Positions 17,786-28,399 of a DNA stretch of 64,000 nt are shown in pieces. A program made the translations under genes and the position numbers. Numbering within the stretch: position 1 is the stretch's first letter; every line of letters begins with the position of its first letter. This stretch comes from Candidatus Babeliales bacterium (GTDB lineage: Bacteria > Babelota > Babeliae > Babelales > JACPOV01), in assembly GCA_049692255.1 (NCBI GenBank), contig JBAVOR010000031.1:21744-85743 (forward strand), given 5' to 3'. The notes below the pieces were generated by a model. It made no database searches. It had not been told where the DNA came from and saw nothing but the letters and a program-made list of their open reading frames with translations.

Positions 17786-19357
17786 ATGACACGTGCTCCC
17801 ATTGCTGTTGTTCGTACCCTTGCTACCCTCACCATTCTTGGTGTTTCTATTCTTGTGTTACAAGGGCCGAGCGCATCACCGCACAAGGAGGGGATCATTA
17901 GTTCACATAACGCCACACCTCAAAGAACACCTATTCACGCGCACGACAAGAGAGGGGAATCAGGAGCGCCATCAACCCAAGTTACTGCTGAGCAGAAAAA
18001 GATAGGGTATCAAACCGTTACTGTCGAGCACACCAACCATGCGTTAGCACACAACAATGCTATACCCGATTGGTTGAACGGTACCTTTTATTGCAATGGA
18101 CCGGCACGCTTCGAAGTTGGCCAACACGCATTTGATAAATGGTTTAACGGATTTGCAATGGTGCATGCAATTACTATTGCTAATAAAGAAGTAACCTATA
18201 GCAACAAATTTATTGCCGGCACCTATCACGCACAAGCAATTAAAACGGGTAAACTCCCTGCTTCTACACAAGAAAAATCATCATCATTTTTTTCAAAAAT
18301 GTCATCGTTCATGAGCACGAGACCACCATATGATAATGCAAATGTGAACGTCATAACACTCAATAAACAGATTATTGCATGTACCGAAACACCGCACGCA
18401 TTTGTGATCGATCCGCGTACCGCTGATACTCAATGTCCATTTAAATATGCAGACAGTGTCGAATCACACGTATGCACACCCCACCCCATTACAGATCCGG
18501 ACACCAAAGAACATATCAACGCGATGATAACATTCGGTAAAACGAGTAGCTACGGAGTATACACCATAGCACCAAACAGCAGCACCCGTACGGTGCTTGC
18601 AACGGTTAACACAGACACTCCTGCATACCTGCATAGCTTTGCAGCCACCAAAAAGCACATAATTCTCATTGCACAGCCACTGCGCACTACAGGCATGGAA
18701 CTCGCATTTTCAACAAAACCATTTTTACAGAACTTTAGCTGGTATAATCAAAAAGTAGAATTGATTGTGATTGATCGCGCAACCAAAAAACAGACGATTA
18801 TACCGGTCGATCCGTTTTTTTTCTTCCACACGGTCAATGCGTACGAAAATCAGGCTAATACTATTATTGACTTAATAACGTACACAGACGCAACGGTGCT
18901 TGATAATATGAAGTTGTCTTATTTACGTACGAACGTGTGCAGCAAGCCAGGGACATTATCGCGTATTACCATTGATGCTGCCAAACAAACAGCGTCAATC
19001 AAAAATCTTACTGCTCAACAGATGGAAACGCCAAAAATTAATGAGTTGTATCGCATGAAGCCGTACCAATGGCTCTACGCAGTCTCTGCTGATGACAGCA
19101 CGCTTTTAAAATATTCGGTCACCAAAAATGAGATGGTACATTGGCATGCGCACGGCTGTTTTGTCAACGAACCAACTTTTGTGCCCAAACCAAATGCAAG
19201 CCGCGAAGACGACGGAGTAGTTCTTTCAATGCTGCTCGATACCCATAAAAAACATTCTGCACTGCTCATATTAGACGGCATCACATTTAAAGAAATTACG
19301 CGCATCCCATTGCCCCATTGCGTACCGTTCGGTTTTCACAGTACATTTATAGCATAA
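17786..19357 (+). CDS. Carotenoid oxygenase (CCO/RPE65) family dioxygenase with N-terminal anchor or signal
   Basis: ORF 17696..19357. ATG 17786 is preceded by AAGGAGG. N-terminus MTRAPIAVVRTLATLTILGVSILVL. CCO-type segments NGTFYCNGPARF, FNGFAMVHAI, FFFHTVNAYE and C-terminal PFGFHSTF. Confidence 0.8.
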   Translation: MTRAPIAVVRTLATLTILGVSILVLQGPSASPHKEGIISSHNATPQRTPIHAHDKRGESGAPSTQVTAEQKKIGYQTVTVEHTNHALAHNNAIPDWLNGTFYCNGPARFEVGQHAFDKWFNGFAMVHAITIANKEVTYSNKFIAGTYHAQAIKTGKLPASTQEKSSSFFSKMSSFMSTRPPYDNANVNVITLNKQIIACTETPHAFVIDPRTADTQCPFKYADSVESHVCTPHPITDPDTKEHINAMITFGKTSSYGVYTIAPNSSTRTVLATVNTDTPAYLHSFAATKKHIILIAQPLRTTGMELAFSTKPFLQNFSWYNQKVELIVIDRATKKQTIIPVDPFFFFHTVNAYENQANTIIDLITYTDATVLDNMKLSYLRTNVCSKPGTLSRITIDAAKQTASIKNLTAQQMETPKINELYRMKPYQWLYAVSADDSTLLKYSVTKNEMVHWHAHGCFVNEPTFVPKPNASREDDGVVLSMLLDTHKKHSALLILDGITFKEITRIPLPHCVPFGFHSTFIA

Positions 19358-19393
19358 AAAAGTCTCTATTTCGCTATTGCATAGCTACAAAAA

Positions 19394-19416
19394 AAGGCCC
19401 GCTTTTAACGGGCCTT
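19394..19416. terminator. Hairpin between convergent genes (probable terminator, better for the minus-strand gene)
   Basis: aaggcccg-cttttaa-cgggcctt. On the minus strand the stem is followed by TTTTT(G); on the plus strand by cgctatttt. Confidence 0.55.
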
Positions 19417-19450
19417 CGCTATTTTCTTTAGTCCAAAAAAACTATTAGCT

Positions 19451-20149
19451 CTAGTCGTTACGCTTGTTGCCACCCAGTAAACGGAGCAAGAATAGAAACA
19501 AGTTAATAAAATCGAGATACAGGGTTAGCGCCCCGAGCAATGACGCCTTTTGTTCAATATCGCCACCGGCATAAAACGTTTGACCAATCTGTTTTAACTT
19601 TTGATTGTCATAGGCAATTAATACCGTAAATATCCCTACTCCAATGAGCGAGATAATATAATCAAGCCCGGCACTTTTCATAAAAATGTTGACGAGCATG
19701 GCAATCAAAATTCCCCAGACTGCCATTTGTGCAACTGACCCTGCAGCAGTCAGATCTGCCTTAGTAAAATACCCATACAGCGCCATTGCGGTAAACATTA
19801 CTGTCGTAATGCTAAACGCCAACACAATCGCTTCAAGGCGATACACATAAAAAATAGAAGAAAGTGTTAACCCGGTCAAAATTGCATAAGCAATAAATAT
19901 AGATACGGCAGTCGCAAAGCTCATGCGAGTAATAAGCCCTGCTAATGCAAATACGAGTAATAGTTGTGCACCCATGAGCACAAATGGAATGATTGAACCA
20001 CGAAACAAATAGTTAAATAAGCTTGGGTTGTTAAATACATACAGAGATGTCGCAGCGGTTAATGCTAGTCCAGCTGCCATCCAGCCATAGACTTTATACA
20101 TAAATTGCCGCGTTGCCTCAACTAAGTTGTATTGTGCATATTGGTTCAT
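19451..20149 (-). CDS. BAX-inhibitor-1 / YccA-family membrane protein
   Basis: ORF 19451..20212; likely start is ATG 20149 (MNQYAQYN...). 7 TM helices. FMYKVYGWMAAGLALTA N-terminus and charged C-terminal tail LLRLLGGNKRND, typical of BI-1/YbhL/YccA. Confidence 0.8.
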   Translation of the reverse strand: MNQYAQYNLVEATRQFMYKVYGWMAAGLALTAATSLYVFNNPSLFNYLFRGSIIPFVLMGAQLLLVFALAGLITRMSFATAVSIFIAYAILTGLTLSSIFYVYRLEAIVLAFSITTVMFTAMALYGYFTKADLTAAGSVAQMAVWGILIAMLVNIFMKSAGLDYIISLIGVGIFTVLIAYDNQKLKQIGQTFYAGGDIEQKASLLGALTLYLDFINLFLFLLRLLGGNKRND

Positions 20150-20346
20150 AATAACCCTTTCGAAAGTTTGAAATATGGAACCTTTTTTACTCTTTGTTTT
20201 TAAGGATAACAAAAATTAATTTTTTTTTCTATTGCTGCCATTTTAATGTATATTTTGCAAAATGAGCAAACTATTGCACATAGGAGCTTACCTCAGTAGG
20301 CTGGCTATATTAAGCGAATATTTTGCGCTCTTAAAAGGAGAAACGT

Positions 20347-20865
20347 ATGAAGCACATGTATCGCATAGTTGCAGCCATCTCTTCCCTTTGTTTGCTCAGC
20401 TTCTCTGATGGCAATCGCGCCAAAACAAAGCCGACAATAAATGTATACGGCACTATTGTTGATGCCGCAGGCAATACATACGCGGCAGAGAATATTACCA
20501 TTGCCGGTTCTTACCGCCAGATTGTAATGTATATAAAACCAGAAAAAACATCTCAATTGCCCGAACATGAAGTAAAAATCGATTTGCCCGACATACACAG
20601 CATCACTGTCATGAGTAAGCCGGATGGAAAACCAGTTAATTACCAACAAAGAACATATGTAGCTGTTTCTATTAGTTCACCGGGAGACACACATACGCAC
20701 AACACATATATCATTGAAAAAGCAAAACGGTTACGTTTTGATATACAACACGCATCAGGGCAATCTTCTCATGAAACCCCTTTAACCGAAATTACGAGTA
20801 TTACCATTGCCGGACACCGCCGCAACAATGAACCGGATACCAAAGACTTGCCTGCCCCTTTGTGA
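20347..20865 (+). CDS. Secreted protein (hypothetical)
   Basis: 172 aa. AAGGAGA RBS. Signal peptide MKHMYRIVAAISSLCLLSFS. Confidence 0.65.
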   Translation: MKHMYRIVAAISSLCLLSFSDGNRAKTKPTINVYGTIVDAAGNTYAAENITIAGSYRQIVMYIKPEKTSQLPEHEVKIDLPDIHSITVMSKPDGKPVNYQQRTYVAVSISSPGDTHTHNTYIIEKAKRLRFDIQHASGQSSHETPLTEITSITIAGHRRNNEPDTKDLPAPL

Positions 20866-20918
20866 TATACTTTTACTTGGTTACTGTTTTACCATTTTGC
20901 TAATGCAAAGGATCTGTT

Positions 20919-21242
20919 ATGCCAAAAACGATTACCAAAGATAACTTCCAAACGGAAGTGTTGAACGCAACAAAACCAGTCGTCGTTGACGTGTTTGCAC
21001 CGTGGTGTGGCCCGTGCCAGCATATGATGCCTACTTTTGAAGAAGTAGCCCAAGAAACGTCCGACAAATATATCCTTGTTAAACTGAACGTTGATGAATC
21101 GCGCGAACTGGCCATGCAATTTGGGGTTACCTCTATTCCAACACTCCTCTTTTTCAACAAAGGTACGCTCCAAGGGCGCCATACCGGCTACATGGAAAAA
21201 GAAGAGATCCTGGAAAAAATTGAATCTATTTTTGGTGCATAA
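20919..21242 (+). CDS. trxA: Thioredoxin
   Basis: 107 aa. WCGPC active site, and the FKNG-type segment TLLFFNKGTLQGRHTG. Confidence 0.9.
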   Translation: MPKTITKDNFQTEVLNATKPVVVDVFAPWCGPCQHMMPTFEEVAQETSDKYILVKLNVDESRELAMQFGVTSIPTLLFFNKGTLQGRHTGYMEKEEILEKIESIFGA

Positions 21243-21282
21243 CACAACGGTACAGCTTCATTTAAAAAAAGGAGCGGCACAT

Positions 21283-21675
21283 ATGGTTACTATTGTAGTG
21301 TATCGAACTACGCAAGGACGATTCGTACGCCAGACTGAGCATGCGCATGCGCGTGTTCTAGCTGATTTTTTAGTGCATGACATTGGCCACATGGCCGACT
21401 TTTTTCGCGCCCTGTTATCTACTCCTATTGCAGAAACGGTACTTTTAGAAAGTTGTCAGGCACATATCTCTTCAGATCTATTTATTATTGAGCCAACTGA
21501 CACGAGCAAGCCTACCCTTAATATAGACAAAAAATATGCGTACGAACTCCTTGAACTGTGGGAGCAGTATATTTTTAGTGGGCAGCGGCAATGCACCATT
21601 ACCCTCGATGAACGGCGCTTGCATAGCACCCCGCAGCTACTGCACCCTACGCTGACCGATATGCCTTATTCATAG
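21283..21675 (+). CDS. Hypothetical cytoplasmic protein
   Basis: In-frame part of ORF 21091..21675 that does not overlap trxA. ATG 21283 is preceded by AAAGGAGCGG. 130 aa, no motif recognised. Confidence 0.5.
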   Translation: MVTIVVYRTTQGRFVRQTEHAHARVLADFLVHDIGHMADFFRALLSTPIAETVLLESCQAHISSDLFIIEPTDTSKPTLNIDKKYAYELLELWEQYIFSGQRQCTITLDERRLHSTPQLLHPTLTDMPYS

Positions 21676-21898
21676 GCTATCTGCTTTAGTAGGGGCTCAC
21701 GCTGTGCGTTTTTTGCGCTCGTTCAGCCCAAAAGGCCTTCTGGCAGACTAAAAAATCCCTGCACTTACCCAGGGTTACTATTGCTTTTTTATCAATAATA
21801 TTGCATATATATCATTTTTACTGCTACCATAAAAGTGGGGGCATCGTATGAATATGTAAAATATTAATTCAAATGTTTTTAAAAATTAAGAGGTTATT

Positions 21899-23323
21899 AT
21901 GAAATTCGTATGGCGTTTTTTACTTATACTGAGTACCTGTGTATCAGGAACTCAACTGCACGCGTTAGCAACCGGGTCACGGAGCATAATGCGCGCATTA
22001 CCGAAAAATTTTGGCAGCAGAACGGCTCAACCATTCTATTGCCCCCCGCAAACAACAGCACCTTTGCTTAAAACTCTGCCACGAACATCGGCACTCGAAT
22101 CTCCTGCTATTACCGGCTCTCAAGCCCAAGCACACTCAGGTGCACGGAACTTTAGCAACAAATCAGTTACCGTGCCTACTTCTGCGTTTGAATCACAACT
22201 AATGGGAAACAAAACGATAGCTACCTCTTTACAAAAGCTCAATCTAACAACTGGGAATAGGGCATATAGCACCGATATGTTTAAATCTTTGCCTACCGCC
22301 GCTATAGAAGCTGAAAAAGATACTCTCATAAGCAAGTTGGGTAAGATTATTTCACGTAGTCCTCAAAGTTCATTTCCATACGACGTTTGCCAAACACTTA
22401 TCTTTGCACTCAGTCACAGATCAAAAGATATGAGTCGGGAACTTCTTATGATTCATGCAATTGAACAAAAGTTACAAAATATGCAATATGAGGGTAAGCA
22501 TTTAGATGATACATTATTCGCGTTCATAGCACAATCAGATGCGCTACTGAGACTACAAAACAACGCAACCTTGGAAAATATGACTAAAAAAGGATTTAAA
22601 GCTGCTGCATACACGCAGGAGATAGTGCAACTATATTATGAAACCATTGCATTAGCAACAGAGCTCAATAGCAATACTATACCACTGCGCTATCTTCTTA
22701 TAACTGATTTAGCTGATGAAATAATAAATAATACAAATAAACAAAAGGTGCTCCTTGGTGCCAATCAAGTGGTCGCGCTCTGGAACAACCTATTAAAGAC
22801 GTCGCGCACCACTCTATGGAACACCGTGTATAAGCTTGAAACGAAGCAACTTAACAAAAGACTTTCTACCGTGTCACAACTTTTCCCGAATCCAGACAAG
22901 GTTCCAAATTCAGATAAGCATGCATATGTATGCTATACCATATTATCTGAGTTACTAAGCTCAGATACAAAAGAGCCTAATCGTGAACAGCAATTGTGGG
23001 ACACGGTTGCACCTATCTATCTTAAAAACATATCTGAGCAACAGAAAAGCTATCGCGCATTGCATCCTATAATAAGTTCATTAGCCGCATTACGCTGGAC
23101 ATTCGATAGGCCTCTTTCAGTGTATAATAAAAATCTATTACTAGAATTACAAGTAAATGCAAATATTAGGATGAATATACCGCATAAGCTTGAAGGCTAT
23201 TTCTATCGCGCTCATGATCTTGAAAAGTTACAAACCAATGAAAAAAATCTGTTGTGGTATTACATTCGCATTAAAAGCATTGCCGCCGATGCATTTAAAA
23301 CAATAAGCAGTACCGCAGAGTAA
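21899..23323 (+). CDS. Secreted helical protein (hypothetical)
   Basis: 474 aa. AAGAGG RBS. Signal peptide MKFVWRFLLILSTCVSGTQLHA. Confidence 0.65.
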   Translation: MKFVWRFLLILSTCVSGTQLHALATGSRSIMRALPKNFGSRTAQPFYCPPQTTAPLLKTLPRTSALESPAITGSQAQAHSGARNFSNKSVTVPTSAFESQLMGNKTIATSLQKLNLTTGNRAYSTDMFKSLPTAAIEAEKDTLISKLGKIISRSPQSSFPYDVCQTLIFALSHRSKDMSRELLMIHAIEQKLQNMQYEGKHLDDTLFAFIAQSDALLRLQNNATLENMTKKGFKAAAYTQEIVQLYYETIALATELNSNTIPLRYLLITDLADEIINNTNKQKVLLGANQVVALWNNLLKTSRTTLWNTVYKLETKQLNKRLSTVSQLFPNPDKVPNSDKHAYVCYTILSELLSSDTKEPNREQQLWDTVAPIYLKNISEQQKSYRALHPIISSLAALRWTFDRPLSVYNKNLLLELQVNANIRMNIPHKLEGYFYRAHDLEKLQTNEKNLLWYYIRIKSIAADAFKTISSTAE

Positions 23324-23336
23324 TGTTGATATGGTG

Positions 23337-24035
23337 CTATAGCGTTGGGTACTCTTTTTGCAGTAGTTGATATATCGACATTGCATTCGTAAGGGTAACA
23401 TCTGGCGTTTGATTCGTTAATCCATTGTACAGATAATAACTACCACCGGTGAGCCACATGATTGCACTGGGGTAGTTACCCGCAGTTAAGCCTTCTTGGG
23501 TTGTTTCTGTTGTTTTGGTAACCGAATCATAGATGTTAATACCTAACTGATAACATCCAAACCCTATCATGCCAAGCCCCATACACATCAACTTTTTATT
23601 TGTATTATTGGGTACATCTTTAAGATACGCTACTTTTTGATGCACTGCTTGTGCCAGTGGTTTAATGCGAACAGCAAGTGCTTTTTCATCAACTGCCGCT
23701 TCTTGTTTAAGCTCTGTAAGCAACTGTGTTACTTTTTTAAAATTACTGCTTTCAATAGCATTCAAAAGAGTATTAATTTTTTTCTGTATTTGCGCGTCTG
23801 CGCTGACCGTTGCAACAGGAGGCACTTGATATGTTGGTACCAATTGCCCTGTTGTAGGCTGATTTAAGGCAGTAATGCTTCGTGCTGATGGGTTTTTTCG
23901 CGACAAGGTTGGCGATTTGCTTGGCGAATTATGTGGGGTATTTTGTGATACATCAAGACGCCGTTCATCATACCCTTGTTCCATTGCATATATTGGCAAT
24001 GACATGCATGTGCATAGTATAAACACCTGTTTCAT
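23337..24035 (-). CDS. Secreted/membrane protein (hypothetical)
   Basis: 232 aa. AGGGAGG RBS. Signal peptide MKQVFILCTCMSLPIYA. Gly-rich TM segment LMCMGLGMIGFGCYQLGINIY near the C-terminal third. Confidence 0.65.
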   Translation of the reverse strand: MKQVFILCTCMSLPIYAMEQGYDERRLDVSQNTPHNSPSKSPTLSRKNPSARSITALNQPTTGQLVPTYQVPPVATVSADAQIQKKINTLLNAIESSNFKKVTQLLTELKQEAAVDEKALAVRIKPLAQAVHQKVAYLKDVPNNTNKKLMCMGLGMIGFGCYQLGINIYDSVTKTTETTQEGLTAGNYPSAIMWLTGGSYYLYNGLTNQTPDVTLTNAMSIYQLLQKEYPTL

Positions 24036-24143
24036 TATGCCCTCCCTTTGATAGCTTAAACAAGAACCTCATTTCTTTTGTAAGCATAAGAGAGCACGCG
24101 AGTAATTCACAAGGGTTTTTATATGAGCGCCCTTTTTGTACTG

Positions 24144-26792
24144 TTAAAATTCGTGATACATGCCGAAATGCACTTCACTCGGCGACTCACCTTTTTTACG
24201 ATCAAGCTTAAAGCCCCAATCAATTTTAACTGGCGACGGGCGCAAGATACGCACACCAAACCCAACTGCATGCCTAAACGCAAAACTGTTATTTTTTAAA
24301 TTCTGCGGACTAATTAAATCTGAGTTAGGGGTATTCCAACCAGCCCCGCCATCATAAAAGAAAGCTCCTTTAATAGAAAAGTCACTTGCAATGGGAAAGA
24401 CGAGTTCTGTGTTAAACCAGAATGCATTTTTAGCACCGATCATATCCCGTTGATTAAATTGTGGAATGTAAAACATAGGCCCAATTTCCCCAAACAAGAA
24501 TCCGCGTACGCTGGCAGGACCACCAATATTGTACAGTTCACGAAACGGAATGCTGTGATGCTTAAATGAAGCTACTACGCCCGCGTGTCCATGCAAACAG
24601 AGTACCAAGTCACGTTCACCAATAAGTGGTGTATACCAACTGCCCTCCGCATCGAATTTAGCGTATCCAAAACTCACTCGACTCGGCGTTATAGCCAATG
24701 TTTGACCAGGACTATCTTGCGGGTTGTCTTTGAGTACCCCATGAAACGCAATCTTCAGCGTTGACGACCATTGATACCCACGACTTGGGTGCACCGGGTG
24801 GTTACGAATATCTTTAAAGCCACTCACCCCTGTCCACACATAAATACCACTGGTGAATCGACGATTAAAGATTGCTTGCAACTGATCATGTTCAGATGCT
24901 GGTATGTCGTCACGTACAACCGGTGTTTGTTTGTAGGTAATGGCATCTGCGCCAAGCTTTGCAGATATGGTACTATCATAGAGCTTGCGTGATAACGCAC
25001 CAATACCAATCGAACCACCAGTAATGCCTTCGTTAATTTCTTGTTCTTTAATAAATTTAAAATCATCATAGAACGAACGTTTAATATAAAAATCTGAAGT
25101 CGCATGAATAGGTTTGTCAAATAGCCAGGGATCAGTAAAGCTGAATACAATATTTCGTTCTTGCTTAGTTATCGATGCGTTACCATTCAACACTAACCCA
25201 CGCCCTAACAAGTTGGTTTCTGCCAATGAGACGCCAACGGTGAATGATTCAGCCGGTGATGCAATATCACGCATAGAACCACCAAAGCCCATCTGTGCTT
25301 CAAAGCGGCCCGTTTTAACTTCTTTAACGACCAGATCAAGATCAACCAGATCGGGCGCAATACGATTGATACGCCAGTTAACTCCGTCACGTGTATCAAA
25401 GTAACCAAGTGATTCTACGCGTGCTTTTGAAAAATCAAGCGCTTGTAATGTTAAACGGGCTCCTTCTTCGACCAATAACTGGCGACGAATTACTTTATCA
25501 TGCGTTTTATTATGCCCAATAATATTAATTTTATTTACTTTTACTTCTACCCCTACTTCGCTGTACAAGGTAATAGCAACAGTTTTACAAGAATCATCAG
25601 GCTGAATAGCAGGCTCTACTTCCGCATTAATACGTCCAAAGTTACCCCAGAACGTGCGCAACGTTTCCATCGCTTCTCGTACCCGTTCTTTTGAGTATAT
25701 TTGTCCAGGCCAAATAGGCAGCAATGCTAAAATCTGCTCTTCGGTTGCTAAATCATTACCCGGCGCATGAATAGTGCCGATGGTATATTGCTCCCCTTCA
25801 AAGATATAGAACGTTACCGTTGCTCCTTTAGTGACTGGGTCGATATCGATCGTTGTTTTGGTTACCTTCGCATGGTAAAAACCATTACTTTGATAATAGT
25901 TTTCAATCACATATTTATCTGCCTCTACCGCTTCTGGCTGATAGCTACCGGCGCGATCAATAAAGCCACCAATCCAATCTTCACGGGTAAACAACAAACT
26001 GCGCAACTGCTTACCACGAAAATAGGTATTGCCATGAAAGCGCACTCGCTTGATTAACGTCTGAGCACCTTCGTCAATATCGAAATGCAAGGTAACATGC
26101 CGCTCATCACCGTGCAAACGATGCGCAATGGTAACATCATGATAATCTTTTTCCTGATATAATTTTTTAAGTATTTTTATATATTTGGGAATATCGTCTG
26201 AGTCGATTGCGGGAACTTTTGCAAAATCAATTTTTTTGGTTATCTCTTTTTCAGATAAATGTTTATTGCCATGAAACTGTACCCCATCCAGCAGCTGCTT
26301 TTCTGTTACCGCAACAACCAAATCGACTTCCGTATCACTAATCGGTTCTATGTATACCTGCACATCTCTGAAATAACCGAGATTGTATACATTTTGAATA
26401 AGGCGTGTAGTGCGTTGTGCTACGAATAGCTCTTCTGTTTGAAAAGGAATAGCATGCATTATTGGTTCGATAGGGACATGCACATTCCCTTGTATGCTTA
26501 TGGTGCGTATACGCGCTTTATTGTCGTACCGCTCTGCATCATTGAGTGAGTCCGCCTCATATCTTTGATTGCCCGATGACTCATCGTTCGCATCATCATC
26601 CTCTTCATCGAATGCATCATCTTCAGCCTCTTCGACTGTTTGATGTGCTTGCCCATTACTTGGGTGTGCAGCTGATGCTTGCTGGGCCGCCCGTATCACC
26701 AAAGGTGACTGCAACAGGCCTATGAGCAGCAAAAGAAAACACCCTACGCGCATTGTTGATATCATGTACAAAGCTCCTGAATCTTGCATCAA
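24144..26792 (-). CDS. bamA: Outer-membrane protein assembly factor BamA (Omp85 family)
   Basis: 882 aa. Signal peptide (MRVGCFLLLLIGLLQSPLVIRA), repeated POTRA-like modules, GGPASVRGF motif, and a C-terminal barrel ending ...VHFGMYHEF. Start is ambiguous (M at 26792/26789/26765/26753). An acidic low-complexity insert follows the signal peptide. Confidence 0.85.
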   Translation of the reverse strand: MMQDSGALYMISTMRVGCFLLLLIGLLQSPLVIRAAQQASAAHPSNGQAHQTVEEAEDDAFDEEDDDANDESSGNQRYEADSLNDAERYDNKARIRTISIQGNVHVPIEPIMHAIPFQTEELFVAQRTTRLIQNVYNLGYFRDVQVYIEPISDTEVDLVVAVTEKQLLDGVQFHGNKHLSEKEITKKIDFAKVPAIDSDDIPKYIKILKKLYQEKDYHDVTIAHRLHGDERHVTLHFDIDEGAQTLIKRVRFHGNTYFRGKQLRSLLFTREDWIGGFIDRAGSYQPEAVEADKYVIENYYQSNGFYHAKVTKTTIDIDPVTKGATVTFYIFEGEQYTIGTIHAPGNDLATEEQILALLPIWPGQIYSKERVREAMETLRTFWGNFGRINAEVEPAIQPDDSCKTVAITLYSEVGVEVKVNKINIIGHNKTHDKVIRRQLLVEEGARLTLQALDFSKARVESLGYFDTRDGVNWRINRIAPDLVDLDLVVKEVKTGRFEAQMGFGGSMRDIASPAESFTVGVSLAETNLLGRGLVLNGNASITKQERNIVFSFTDPWLFDKPIHATSDFYIKRSFYDDFKFIKEQEINEGITGGSIGIGALSRKLYDSTISAKLGADAITYKQTPVVRDDIPASEHDQLQAIFNRRFTSGIYVWTGVSGFKDIRNHPVHPSRGYQWSSTLKIAFHGVLKDNPQDSPGQTLAITPSRVSFGYAKFDAEGSWYTPLIGERDLVLCLHGHAGVVASFKHHSIPFRELYNIGGPASVRGFLFGEIGPMFYIPQFNQRDMIGAKNAFWFNTELVFPIASDFSIKGAFFYDGGAGWNTPNSDLISPQNLKNNSFAFRHAVGFGVRILRPSPVKIDWGFKLDRKKGESPSEVHFGMYHEF

Positions 26793-26886
26793 CGGTAAAT
26801 CTTTAGTTAAATAAAGAAAAAGTTAACGTTAAAACATTATGATAGCGACTTTTTAAAAATTAACCAGAAATAGGACGCACAAGCCG

Positions 26887-28224
26887 ATGATTTTGTTAAC
26901 CAATACCATGACCGGTATAAAAGAAACGTTTGTTCCCTTGCATGATAAACAGGTGCGTATGTATGTATGCGGCATTACTCCGTACGATAAGCCACACGTA
27001 GGGCACGGGCGAGTCTATGTCACATTTGATTTGCTCATGCGTGTACTTAAAGCCAGTGGTTACGCAGTAACGTATTGCAGAAATTTTACCGACATTGATG
27101 ATAAATTAATTAATCGCGCGCGCGCCGAACTGAACGATCCTCTTAAATTTAGCACTATTGCCAATACCTACATTGCCGCGTTTCACCACGATATTGATGC
27201 TTTGAACTGTGAACGGCCAACGTTTGAACCACGTGTGACAGACCATATCCCTGAAATTATTGCATTTATTCAAACACTCGTTGCCAAACGGCATGCATAT
27301 GTAATTGATGGGGACGTCTATTTTAGCATCGATTCATTTCCCGCGTATGCGCGCCTTTCTAAACAGAAGCTTGCTGATCTACATGCGGGTGCTCGCGTAG
27401 AGACGAATGATAAAAAGGAAAACCCACTCGATTTCGCACTCTGGAAATCTGAGCAACCAGACACCTTCTGGCAAAGCCCATGGGGGTATGGCAGACCGGG
27501 GTGGCATATCGAATGCTCTGCGCTTGCGTATACATTATTAGGCAAGCAAATCGATATTCACGGTGGGGGCATGGACCTTATTTTTCCACACCATGAAAAT
27601 GAAATTGCGCAAACAGAAAGCTGCACCGATTTACCCTTTGCACAATACTGGATGCACGTAGCATTCGTGCGTATAGAAAAAGAAAAGATGTCTAAATCGC
27701 TGGGCAATTTTTATACCCTTGAACAAGTATTTCAAACCTATGATCCCACTATTATCAGGTACTATTATCTAGCACACCATTATCGCGTGCCACTCGATTT
27801 TGCATTCGCAGACATTGATGCAGTAGCAAAATCATATGCACGGTTGGTAAAACTGTTTGAACACACCCCAACAACCGATGAACCGTTGGCAACACAGCAC
27901 CCCCTCATTCGTGATATGCTTGCGTTTTTAGCTGATGATCTCAACAGCCCAGGCATGTTTGGATTACTGTTTGGTAGCATAGAAACAATACAAAGCGATG
28001 AGCCGACCCGCGTACAGGTAAAAAAACTGTTACAAACGGTGCTCGGTTTAACTCTCGCTCCATTGGCACAAAAAACGGTTACCATGACACCAGAAATTGA
28101 AAAACTGATTGCTCAGCGGCAAGAAGCGCGGGCGCAAAAAGATTTTAAAAAAGCTGATGCATTACGGGATCAACTGAAAGCATTGGGTGTTGATGTAAGT
28201 GATGATAAGATTATAAAAAAATAG
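26887..28224 (+). CDS. cysS: Cysteinyl-tRNA synthetase
   Basis: 445 aa. HIGH-type PHVGHGR, GWHIECS, KMSKS, and a C-terminal DALRDQL helix typical of CysRS. Confidence 0.9.
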   Translation: MILLTNTMTGIKETFVPLHDKQVRMYVCGITPYDKPHVGHGRVYVTFDLLMRVLKASGYAVTYCRNFTDIDDKLINRARAELNDPLKFSTIANTYIAAFHHDIDALNCERPTFEPRVTDHIPEIIAFIQTLVAKRHAYVIDGDVYFSIDSFPAYARLSKQKLADLHAGARVETNDKKENPLDFALWKSEQPDTFWQSPWGYGRPGWHIECSALAYTLLGKQIDIHGGGMDLIFPHHENEIAQTESCTDLPFAQYWMHVAFVRIEKEKMSKSLGNFYTLEQVFQTYDPTIIRYYYLAHHYRVPLDFAFADIDAVAKSYARLVKLFEHTPTTDEPLATQHPLIRDMLAFLADDLNSPGMFGLLFGSIETIQSDEPTRVQVKKLLQTVLGLTLAPLAQKTVTMTPEIEKLIAQRQEARAQKDFKKADALRDQLKALGVDVSDDKIIKK

Positions 28225-28399
28225 ATTCTGGAGTGATAAATATGGAAGAATACGAGTTCGAACAACGCGCGACATAGAAGCTGAAAACTATACACAAAAG
28301 AGGTTATCTGATGCATCTAAAAAGGTAAGCAATGCATTAAAATTAAGTGACTTATCTCACTTATATCACAAATCGCCACTTCTTGACTCTTATTTTTAT

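Noticed and set aside
20305-21245. Minus-strand ORFs 20305..20649, 20889..21245 and 20900..21160
   Set aside because: They are antisense to the secreted-protein gene 20347..20865 and to trxA (WCGPC motif on the plus strand).
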